Positions 49,351 through 58,353 of a DNA stretch of 64,000 nucleotides are shown in pieces. The position numbers were made by a program, and so were the translations under genes. The notes below the pieces were generated by a model, which searched no databases, had not been told where the DNA came from, and saw nothing but the letters and a program-made list of their open reading frames with translations. Position 1 is the stretch's first letter; each line of letters starts with the position of its first letter. This DNA is from Candidatus Poribacteria bacterium (lineage in GTDB: Bacteria; Poribacteria; WGA-4E; WGA-3G): positions 1,088,001 to 1,152,000 of the forward strand of contig OZ243938.1 of NCBI GenBank assembly GCA_965214095.1, given 5' to 3'.

Positions 49351-51246
49351 ATGAAAGAAGTTGATGGCAAAGCAAAGACAATACAAGAATTACTTGCTAA
49401 CAAAAAGTACACCCTTGATTACTACCAACGCGAATATAGTTGGCAAACAAAGCATGTAATTGAGTTGATTGATGACCTTGTAAGTAAGTTTTATAGTAGT
49501 TATGAAGATGGACATGATCGATCACAGGTGAGTAATTACAGTCATTACTTTCTTGGGTCAATAATAATTTGTGAACAAAGTACCCAACGATTCATTATTG
49601 ATGGTCAGCAGAGGCTTACAACATTGACTTTGATATTAATAAGACTTCATCAGTTACTTGATGATGAGGATCAGAAGAGTCAAATCGCTCCCCTTATCTT
49701 TTCACAAAGTCTTGGTGAAAAATCATTCAATCTTGATATATCTGATAGAAAGAATATAATGGAAAATCTATATTCAGGTGAATTTTTTAACACCGTTAAC
49801 GAGTCTGAATCGATATGTAATATTGCTGGACGCTATGAAGATATTGAGAACAATCTCAAAATTACAAAAGCAAAACTCCCATATTTCGTTGATTGGATGC
49901 TTGAAAGAGTATATTTTGTTGAAATTACTGCCTACACAGATGACGATGCTTACACTATATTTGAAACGATGAATGACCGAGGATTATCTCTTTCTCCCGC
50001 AGATATGCTTCGAGGATATATCCTGTCAAAGATTTTAGATAATGAGAAAAGAAGTATTACAAATAAAATATGGAGTGAATGTGTTCAAAAAATCAAACAA
50101 TATGGTAAAGAAGAGGAATCAGATACTATAAAAGTTTGGCTGCGAAGTCAATACGCAGAAGATAAGAATAAAGATTTTGATAAGATTGGTTCAGAATTTC
50201 ATCGTTGGGTCCAAAGTAAGGAGGCAGATCTTAGACTGAAGTCAAGTGATGACTATGCGAATTTCATACAAAAGGATTTTTCCTTTTACAGCCATTGGTA
50301 TCTTCAACTGCGAAAAGCCACTAAAGAATTAACTAAGGGTTATGAATGTGTATTTTATAATGCTCAGCATAATTTCACTCTCCAATATCCAGTATTACTT
50401 GCTCCATTATGCATTGATGACAAAGATAACGAAATATTCCGTAAAATACAAATTGTTGCCACATATTTAGATGTTTTTATACAACGTCGTATATGGAATT
50501 ACAGTTCGATTGCTCAAAGAGATCTGAATACGTTAATGTTTTCACTCATGAGAGAGATTCGAGGAAAAAGTGTCAATGATTTAAGAAATCTTCTATTTGA
50601 CAAAATAAATGAAGATTCATCCGATAAACCACCTGAAGGACAAACTTTAGATCTTTTCCCAGAATTTGACTTTGGTTTTGAAAAACCTGTTTCAAAAACT
50701 ACACCTTTTCGACTTCATAGTGGTAATTCTAAACCTGTCCGTCTAATTCTTGCCCGGATTACTGATTATGTTGAGGTTCAGTCTGGCAAAATGTCTCGTT
50801 ACCTTGAATATGTCAGTTCAGGTAACAATAGTTATGAAGTTGAGCATATTTGGTCTAACCATTACGAAAGACACAAGGATGAGTTTTCTCACAAAATTGA
50901 TTTCCAAGACTATCGCAATTGTATTGGTGGATTGATACTACTCCCAAAGAAGGTCAATGCAAGTTTAGGTGACTCTCCCTACAATAAGAAGCGTGAGCAC
51001 TACCTAAGAGAAAACTTACTTGCTCAAAGTTTACATGAAAAGGCATATGAGAACAATCCTGGGTTCATGCAATTCATCAATAAAAGTCAATTGCCTTTCA
51101 AGCCACACAGTGAATTCAAGAAAGTTGACCTTGATACTCGTCAAGACCTTATACAAAACTTGCTGAACAAATCTGGAATCCTGATCGTTTGTTTGAGGAT
51201 AATCTCACAATTTAAGACTGAAGATAATTCAAAATGCGACACATAA
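49351..51246 (+). CDS. GmrSD-family (DUF262 + DUF1524/HNH) type IV modification-dependent restriction endonuclease, 3' end apparently frameshifted
   Basis: YQREYSW, IIDGQQRLTT, IFETMNDRG; VEHIW..RN.IGGL.LLP..N HNH-like motif. Confidence 0.88.
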   Translation: MKEVDGKAKTIQELLANKKYTLDYYQREYSWQTKHVIELIDDLVSKFYSSYEDGHDRSQVSNYSHYFLGSIIICEQSTQRFIIDGQQRLTTLTLILIRLHQLLDDEDQKSQIAPLIFSQSLGEKSFNLDISDRKNIMENLYSGEFFNTVNESESICNIAGRYEDIENNLKITKAKLPYFVDWMLERVYFVEITAYTDDDAYTIFETMNDRGLSLSPADMLRGYILSKILDNEKRSITNKIWSECVQKIKQYGKEEESDTIKVWLRSQYAEDKNKDFDKIGSEFHRWVQSKEADLRLKSSDDYANFIQKDFSFYSHWYLQLRKATKELTKGYECVFYNAQHNFTLQYPVLLAPLCIDDKDNEIFRKIQIVATYLDVFIQRRIWNYSSIAQRDLNTLMFSLMREIRGKSVNDLRNLLFDKINEDSSDKPPEGQTLDLFPEFDFGFEKPVSKTTPFRLHSGNSKPVRLILARITDYVEVQSGKMSRYLEYVSSGNNSYEVEHIWSNHYERHKDEFSHKIDFQDYRNCIGGLILLPKKVNASLGDSPYNKKREHYLRENLLAQSLHEKAYENNPGFMQFINKSQLPFKPHSEFKKVDLDTRQDLIQNLLNKSGILIVCLRIISQFKTEDNSKCDT

Positions 51247-54200
51247 AACCCATCGTTTGGCTCATCTTTATCCTATCAGGTGCAAGTGCACTCATCTATG
51301 AAGTAATATGGATGCGGCAGTTGACACTTGTCTTCGGCAGCACCGTATTCGCTACAAGCACCGTGCTAACTGCTTTCATGGCAGGACTCGCACTCGGCAG
51401 CTACTACTTCGGTAGAAAGATCGATGAGAGCAATATGTCTCCTCTCAAACTCTATGCCATCCTTGAAGCAGGTATCGGTGGATTTTGTATTCTTTGGCCA
51501 CTCCTTCTCACCTTACTGACCGGTCTATACGTTCTGATATTTCGTAACATTACTTCTGAATTCTATTCTCTTTCAATTATCCGCTTTATTTTAACCTTTG
51601 GAATATTGCTAATTCCCTCCACCTTGATGGGTGGAACATTGCCGGTATTGACACGGTTTTTTGTCAAAAGATTAGAACAACTCGGCACGAATATTGGCAT
51701 TTTGTATGCCTTGAATACCTTTGGTGCAGTTGTAGGCACTGTCGCAGCTGGATTCATTCTGATAGAAGCGGTAGGAGTCACTTGGTCACTCCGCGTGGCA
51801 ATCATCATTAATATCGTTGTTACATTAGTTGCCTTAATATTGGCAAAACAAGCACAAGATATTGATGTTGATGAAAGTGATCAATCGGAAGCACAGGAGA
51901 TAATTGAAACTGATGAACAAGTGATGCAGCCTCAAGAGATTACATCTTCGGAGGTTGGAGGATATGAACGACGGTTAGTTTTACTGGCAATAGGAATATC
52001 CGGTTTCTGTGCATTAGCGTATGAGGTGTTGTGGACTCGTATTCTTGTCTTTTTTCTGGGTAGCACGACTTATGCGTTTGCTACGATGCTCGCTGCGTTT
52101 CTGTTCGGTATCGCACTCGGTAGTATGATATTAGCACGGTGGGTGGATCGTATCAAACAACCTGTAATCACGTTCGGGATTGTGCAGCTTGGGATCGGTC
52201 TGTTTGCTCTGGTACTCATGCCAGCATTTGAGCAGTTATACGAGTTGACTTATGCATTGCAGTCTACATTCGGGGGAAGTAGGTTTTGGGCATTTTTCTC
52301 CTGCTTCCTTGTGATGTGTTTGCCAACATTTCTGATGGGAGCAAGTTTTCCATTGGTCACGAAGATCTATACTGGTGATGCACAAAAACTTGGAAGGAGT
52401 ATCGGTAACGTCTATGCTATCAATACTGTTGGAAGTATTTTAGGAGCATTTTGTGCCGGTTTTGTCCTTATCCCACTATTGAACATTCGACCAAGTATTG
52501 TACTGATGGTGGTACTAAACACAGGTATCGGTAGTTTTCTTGTCATGAAGGGATGGCGATCTACCCAAGATACCGATAGTGAACCCGCAAAATCAGGTGC
52601 AGGAATCAGAGGCTTTTTTCAAGGACTTGGTATCGGTGTGCCGATTGTCACTGTAGGGTTAGCAGTTGTAATTTTATTCTCATTGAATCAACCATTATTT
52701 TTAAAAAGTACTATATTCAAGACACAACGTCCGGGTGATACCGTCGTAGATTATGAGGAAGAAGTAGATGCAACGGTAACAACCTTAAAAGATGATGAAG
52801 GTGTATTTCGTTTATACGTAGACGCTAATCAAGCTGCAGACGCATCGCGCTGGGACTCTCCTTCGCATCGTGTTATCGCTCATCTACCGTTACTCTTACA
52901 TCCGAATCCAAAACGCGCGCTTGTTGTCGGTTTCGGCATGGGACTCACCTCACATTCAATAACACAACACGGTGTGCAAGTTGATGCGATAGAATTATCA
53001 AAAGGTGTGATTAATGCTTCACAGAAACATTTCAAACACATTAATGAGAATATATTTAAAAATCGTTTATTTAACTATAAACTGAACGATGGACGCAATC
53101 ATATCCTGATGACACAAACCAAATATGATATGATTTCAACGGGTATCATTCATCCACTTGTGAGTGCTGGTAGTTCCAATATATATACTGAAGATTTCTA
53201 TAAATTGTGCAAAAGAATCCTAACTGAGGATGGTGTAATGTGTCAGTGGGTACCGTTGCATCGGTTGCCTGAATCGCACTATAAAATGATCGTACGTACC
53301 TTTATCCATGTATTTCCTGAGACGACACTGTGGTACAAATATACCCCTGATTTTGTGATTCTGATAGGCACTAAAGAACCACTTACAATTAACTACAATA
53401 ACTTTATGAGACGGGCAATGATACCAAGTATTAGTAGAGGACTCGCAGCAGATGATCTGGACGGTATGTCGTTATTGGATTCGTTTATGATGGGACCAAA
53501 GGCAGTTCAGGAATATGTGGGTAATGGTCCAATTCATACCGATGACCGTCCAAGGTTAGAGTTTTTCAAAGCTTCGGATCTGACGACATCAACCGCTGTT
53601 AACATTAAAGGCATGAAAGAACATCGGCAACGGATTACGCCACCATTTCTGAGAAATTATGGAACTACACATACAGAAAGAAGAGCTGTTCAGGACAATA
53701 TTGACACCTACTTTAAAGCTACGCAACAACTGATTCTCGGTCAGATTGATTATGCAGAAGCGCAAACGGAACTTTCCAAAGGAAGCGTGAACAACTTCAA
53801 TGCCAAACTGCAGAGTGCAAGTGCGATTATGCTACATGCATTGAGAATTAATCCTGAAGACCAGACGATTGCTTATAATTATGGTGTAATTAGCGGGGTA
53901 ATTCATGAAGATGATCGGGAACAATTTCGTGAGATTGAAAAGCAAGCACAACAAACATTGAAGCAAAATCCTGATGATATTCAGAGTCATATACAGTTAG
54001 GGGTTGTGTATCAGGACAAGGCGAGTGAGAATGAAGGGAAAGGGGATATCGTAAATGCAAGAAAGGAACTTGTAAAGGCATCTAAGGAGTTTGAAAAATC
54101 ACTTCAACTTGACCCCAGCAGGTTAGAGGTCTATTTTATGCTCGGTCCGATATATCAACGTCAACAGATGCATAAGGAAGCATTAAGAACATATAAACGT

Positions 54201-54512
54201 CTTGAACAGCAAGACCCCAATTTACCCGCACCGATTTTTGCAGCAATGGCTCAACTTCATTGGAAATTAGAAAATGTAGAAGAAGCAAAACGATATGCCC
54301 AAAAAGGGGTAGACACAGATAGAAATTCATGGCGTTCACATCATGTCCTCGGCAAGGTATATCATACTATGAACCAACCAGATAAACTAAGTGAACATTA
54401 TTCCAATGCGTTGAAAATTATTGAAGCAGAGATAATTCTCTCCTCTGATCCAAGTAATTTATTGAGTTACAAAGAAGAGATACAAAACGAACTTGACCAG
54501 ATACAAAAATAG
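51234..54512 (+). CDS. Fused MFS-like membrane domain / spermidine synthase-like methyltransferase with C-terminal TPRs
   Basis: SGASALIYEVIW.R, LMGGTLP, LYALNTFGAV.G (duplicated); ALVVGFGMGLT, IELS, DGRN, TDDRPRLEF; helical TPR-like tail. Confidence 0.88.
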   Translation: MRHIKPIVWLIFILSGASALIYEVIWMRQLTLVFGSTVFATSTVLTAFMAGLALGSYYFGRKIDESNMSPLKLYAILEAGIGGFCILWPLLLTLLTGLYVLIFRNITSEFYSLSIIRFILTFGILLIPSTLMGGTLPVLTRFFVKRLEQLGTNIGILYALNTFGAVVGTVAAGFILIEAVGVTWSLRVAIIINIVVTLVALILAKQAQDIDVDESDQSEAQEIIETDEQVMQPQEITSSEVGGYERRLVLLAIGISGFCALAYEVLWTRILVFFLGSTTYAFATMLAAFLFGIALGSMILARWVDRIKQPVITFGIVQLGIGLFALVLMPAFEQLYELTYALQSTFGGSRFWAFFSCFLVMCLPTFLMGASFPLVTKIYTGDAQKLGRSIGNVYAINTVGSILGAFCAGFVLIPLLNIRPSIVLMVVLNTGIGSFLVMKGWRSTQDTDSEPAKSGAGIRGFFQGLGIGVPIVTVGLAVVILFSLNQPLFLKSTIFKTQRPGDTVVDYEEEVDATVTTLKDDEGVFRLYVDANQAADASRWDSPSHRVIAHLPLLLHPNPKRALVVGFGMGLTSHSITQHGVQVDAIELSKGVINASQKHFKHINENIFKNRLFNYKLNDGRNHILMTQTKYDMISTGIIHPLVSAGSSNIYTEDFYKLCKRILTEDGVMCQWVPLHRLPESHYKMIVRTFIHVFPETTLWYKYTPDFVILIGTKEPLTINYNNFMRRAMIPSISRGLAADDLDGMSLLDSFMMGPKAVQEYVGNGPIHTDDRPRLEFFKASDLTTSTAVNIKGMKEHRQRITPPFLRNYGTTHTERRAVQDNIDTYFKATQQLILGQIDYAEAQTELSKGSVNNFNAKLQSASAIMLHALRINPEDQTIAYNYGVISGVIHEDDREQFREIEKQAQQTLKQNPDDIQSHIQLGVVYQDKASENEGKGDIVNARKELVKASKEFEKSLQLDPSRLEVYFMLGPIYQRQQMHKEALRTYKRLEQQDPNLPAPIFAAMAQLHWKLENVEEAKRYAQKGVDTDRNSWRSHHVLGKVYHTMNQPDKLSEHYSNALKIIEAEIILSSDPSNLLSYKEEIQNELDQIQK

Positions 54513-54530
54513 GAGGAAAAAAGATCTATT

Positions 54531-56543
54531 ATGTCCCAAGAACCTTCTCTAAAACGGACACATTATTGTGGTGATTTACGTCTTTCTGATGCAGGAACTA
54601 CTGCACACCTTAACGGATGGGTAAGACGTCGTCGTGATCATGGCGGTGTAATTTTTATTGATTTGCGTGATAGAACAGGGATTACGCAGGTTGTTTTTGA
54701 TCCGCAGATTGATGAAAACGCACATGCGATTGCCGATTCTGTCCGTAGTGAATATGTCCTTAACGTCAGTGGCGTAGTCCGAGAACGTGCACCAGGTGAA
54801 CTTCTTTTCAAGGCAGATACAGCATTTCAAGAAGAACTCAGCGAAGATAAATCATTCTCCTCTGAATTCAGAAATCTTTTTTCAGATTCAGACAGAAAAT
54901 ATACACTTTCTGACGAAATAAGTATTAGCGAACGCGAAAATGGCAAACATTGGCTGCTCACGGATGTAGAAAACAATCGCACTTATGACATTTTACAGGA
55001 AGAAGATGAATTGAATGTGTATCAAGGCACTGTCAATCCAGAATTGGATACGGGTGAGATAGAGGTTGCAGTAGATTCCCTCAGTATCCTCAATACAGCC
55101 AAAACGCCGCCATTTCCTGTGGAAGATGACATTGAGGTCGCAGAAGATATACGGATGCGTTATCGGTTCGTTGATTTGCGCCGTCCTGTCATGCAAAAAA
55201 CGCTTGAAATGCGGCATAAAGCTGCACTCGCTGCACGGAACTATATGAATGAGCAGGGATTCCTTGAAATAGAAACTCCTATACTTATGAACAGCACACC
55301 CGAAGGTGCGCGCGACGTGCTTGTGCCGAGTAGATATAATCCGGGTAAATTCTACGCACTCCCACAATCACCTCAACAATTCAAGCAGATTCTGATGATG
55401 AGTGGTGTTGACCGATATTTTCAGATTGCTCGCTGTTTCCGAGATGAGGATACACGTGCGGATAGGCAACTTGAATTTACGCAACTGGATATTGAGATGT
55501 CTTTCGCAAGGGTAGATGATGTGTTAGAAGTCACTGAAGGTTTGATGAAACGTATATTTGAGGAAGCAGGTGGAATTCCAGTTGAAACTCCATTTCTTCG
55601 GCTACCCTATTACGAATCTATGGCACGATTTGGGAATGATAAACCAGATACGCGTTTCGGTATGGAGTTGACTGATCTTTCCGATGTTATGGAGGATTGT
55701 GATTTCCAGGTATTCACCAGAGCACTTTCTACGGATGGACAGGTGAAAGGGATTGCTGTTCCCAGTGGTGCTGATTTTTCCCGGAAGGACATTGATGATC
55801 TGACGAAGTTCGTTGGGACGTATCGCGCAAAAGGTTTGGCATGGGTCAAGGTTACATCAGAGGGATTCTCGTCTGGTATTGTCAAGTTTTTTAAACCGGG
55901 TCAGCTTGAAACCGCACAAGAACGGATGGGAGCAAAAATAGGCGACATCATGTTTTTTGTTGCTGATCGTCCGAAAGTTGTTGCTGATGCACTTGGAAAT
56001 CTTCGGCTACATCTTGGTCGCAAACTTGAACTAATTGACGAAAGCAAATACAACTTCTTGTGGATTGTGGATTACCCACTGTTTGAGTGGAACGAAGATG
56101 AAAATCGGTATGAACCTTTCCATCATTTATTTACTGGTGCAACGGAGGAGACCTTACCACTATTAGATTCTGATCCAGGTAAGGTGCAAAGTCAACATTA
56201 TGATTTAGTGTGCAATGGTTCTGAAATCTGTAGTGGTAGTGTCAGAATACACAATTGGGATGTACAACAGAAAATATTTGATATTCTAAAGATCAAACCT
56301 GAAGAAGTTGAAAGCAGATTCGGGTACTTCATAGATGCTTTGGAATATGGAACACCTCCACATGCTGGAATCGCGCCTGGACTTGATAGGATGGTCATGT
56401 TAATGCGTAATGAAGAAAACATACGTGAAGTGATAGCATTTCCGAAATCTCAACAGGGATTATGTCTGCTAACGCATGCACCATCTAATGTTTCCGAAGA
56501 ACAATTGGATGAATTGTCAATACGCGTGGACGTTGATACATAA
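54531..56543 (+). CDS. aspS: Aspartate--tRNA ligase (probably non-discriminating) with a 77-aa insertion
   Basis: RTHYCG, RRRDHGG..FIDLRD, TPEGARD, ALPQSPQ.FKQ, QIARCFRDED.RADRQ.EFTQLD.E, GTPPHAGIAPGLDR, IAFPK; AGGAGG RBS. Confidence 0.97.
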   Translation: MSQEPSLKRTHYCGDLRLSDAGTTAHLNGWVRRRRDHGGVIFIDLRDRTGITQVVFDPQIDENAHAIADSVRSEYVLNVSGVVRERAPGELLFKADTAFQEELSEDKSFSSEFRNLFSDSDRKYTLSDEISISERENGKHWLLTDVENNRTYDILQEEDELNVYQGTVNPELDTGEIEVAVDSLSILNTAKTPPFPVEDDIEVAEDIRMRYRFVDLRRPVMQKTLEMRHKAALAARNYMNEQGFLEIETPILMNSTPEGARDVLVPSRYNPGKFYALPQSPQQFKQILMMSGVDRYFQIARCFRDEDTRADRQLEFTQLDIEMSFARVDDVLEVTEGLMKRIFEEAGGIPVETPFLRLPYYESMARFGNDKPDTRFGMELTDLSDVMEDCDFQVFTRALSTDGQVKGIAVPSGADFSRKDIDDLTKFVGTYRAKGLAWVKVTSEGFSSGIVKFFKPGQLETAQERMGAKIGDIMFFVADRPKVVADALGNLRLHLGRKLELIDESKYNFLWIVDYPLFEWNEDENRYEPFHHLFTGATEETLPLLDSDPGKVQSQHYDLVCNGSEICSGSVRIHNWDVQQKIFDILKIKPEEVESRFGYFIDALEYGTPPHAGIAPGLDRMVMLMRNEENIREVIAFPKSQQGLCLLTHAPSNVSEEQLDELSIRVDVDT

Positions 56544-56640
56544 GAAAGTATCAACACTTACGTTGATATATTATTTACTTCATCTATTGTGTAATTAAAT
56601 CAGAGTGGGGAGAAATCCTACTTAGGAAAGGAAATTAATA

Positions 56641-58233
56641 ATGAATAATCATGGCAATTCAGAAAGCAATTTTGGTCTACTCATTGGTATAGTCATCGCT
56701 ATTGTAGCTGGTGCACTTATCGGAGGGTTCTTTCCAGGGTTCGCTAAACATACGCATATATTGGGGGATATTTTCCTAACCTTACTGAAGATGGTTGTTG
56801 TACCCCTTGTGATATTCTCAATGGTCGTTGGGATTACTAACCTTGGTGATATTCGCAATCTCGGTTCTATCGGAGGACGCACCGTCCTTTATTATATGGC
56901 AACGACTGCCATTTCTGTGATTATAGGAATGATCCTTGTCAATATCATCATGCCAGGAAAAGGTATAAATTTATCAGAAGAAGGGGACAAATATCCGCAA
57001 CTAACTTACACATTGAGTGGTGAGAATAACCTTACTGTATCATTGCCAGAGGGACAAATTAAAGAAGGTTATTCAAATAAGTTTATAATCACACTTGTTG
57101 ACCAAGAATTGGTTGGGGAAATCACAACAATTGAAGGTAATGAATTGACCGTAGCAAATTGGCAAGACCTATCAGGTGAGATTGACTACATCATAACAGA
57201 AACTGGTAACACTTTGATGATTGCCGAAAACCAATTTACCGATCTGAAAGTTCAGCAATCAGGGATAGGAGTTGATATTGCCTTACCCAAAGTTTCCACA
57301 GTAAAAGAGAAAGAAGATCGCACGATGGGACAAACCCTTCTGGAAGTTTTCTTAGGTAACTCAGAGACAGGAAAACAGGGCATGATACCATCAAACATCT
57401 TTATGGCAATGGCGAATATGGACATTCTGCCACTTATCTTTTTCTCACTGTTTATTGGTGCTGCCTTATCTGTGATCGGTGATGTGGGGAAACCAGCAAT
57501 CGCTATTTTTAATGCACTAAATGAAGCTGTGATGCAGATTGTAAACTGGATAATGATCATTGCACCTGTAGGTATCTTCGGATTAATTGCAGGCAGAATT
57601 GGTGAAGCAGGAGGTTTCGCTAAATTTTTACCTGAATTAGCTGCAGTTGGAAAGTACAGTATGACAGTCGTTATTGCACTTGGATTCCATGGTATTGTTG
57701 TGTTACCGACATTACTATTCATTTTTGGACGACGGAACCCAATTGGATATGCACAAGGCATGGGGACAGCATTACTTAATGCATTTTCTACTGCGAGTTC
57801 AAGTGCAACGTTACCTCTAACAATGGAAAATGTTGAAGAACAAAACGGCATCTCTAATCGAACAGCAAGTTTCGTATTGCCATTAGGGGCTACCATCAAT
57901 ATGGATGGTACAGCACTTTATGAAGCTGTTGCTGTTATGTTTATCGCACAAGTGTATGGCATAACAATGGGACCAGCAGAACAACTCATAATTGTGATGA
58001 CTGCGACACTCGCGGCAATAGGTGCTGCAGGTATACCTGAAGCAGGTCTCGTTACGATGGTTATCGTCCTAAAGGCTGTTGATCTGCCAATTGAAGGTGT
58101 TGCTTTGATCCTTTCAATCGATTGGCTTCTGGATAGATTCCGCACTACTGTCAATGTTTGGGGTGATAGCGTTGGTGCAGGTATCATTGAAACTTATGAA
58201 TCTGGTGAAACTGCTGAAGTACCAGCGACATAA
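56641..58233 (+). CDS. Dicarboxylate/amino acid:cation symporter (DAACS, GltP/EAAT family) with extended loop
   Basis: LLKMVVVPL, AFSTASSSATLP, LPLGATINMDGTA, AAIGAAGIP, DRFRTTVNVWGD. Confidence 0.93.
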   Translation: MNNHGNSESNFGLLIGIVIAIVAGALIGGFFPGFAKHTHILGDIFLTLLKMVVVPLVIFSMVVGITNLGDIRNLGSIGGRTVLYYMATTAISVIIGMILVNIIMPGKGINLSEEGDKYPQLTYTLSGENNLTVSLPEGQIKEGYSNKFIITLVDQELVGEITTIEGNELTVANWQDLSGEIDYIITETGNTLMIAENQFTDLKVQQSGIGVDIALPKVSTVKEKEDRTMGQTLLEVFLGNSETGKQGMIPSNIFMAMANMDILPLIFFSLFIGAALSVIGDVGKPAIAIFNALNEAVMQIVNWIMIIAPVGIFGLIAGRIGEAGGFAKFLPELAAVGKYSMTVVIALGFHGIVVLPTLLFIFGRRNPIGYAQGMGTALLNAFSTASSSATLPLTMENVEEQNGISNRTASFVLPLGATINMDGTALYEAVAVMFIAQVYGITMGPAEQLIIVMTATLAAIGAAGIPEAGLVTMVIVLKAVDLPIEGVALILSIDWLLDRFRTTVNVWGDSVGAGIIETYESGETAEVPAT

Positions 58234-58353
58234 TAAACCATTTTCAATCAACTAATTCATGTGATAGTTTAATCTTCCTTGTTGGGTGTATTTAAGAAAT
58301 ATTATATTTCAAAATGCATCCTCAAGGAAGATATTATCGTTACTTATATTACA

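Noticed and set aside
54798-55028. AspRS insertion as an intein
   Set aside because: No N-terminal Cys/Ser, no C-terminal His-Asn, and too short for a splicing domain.
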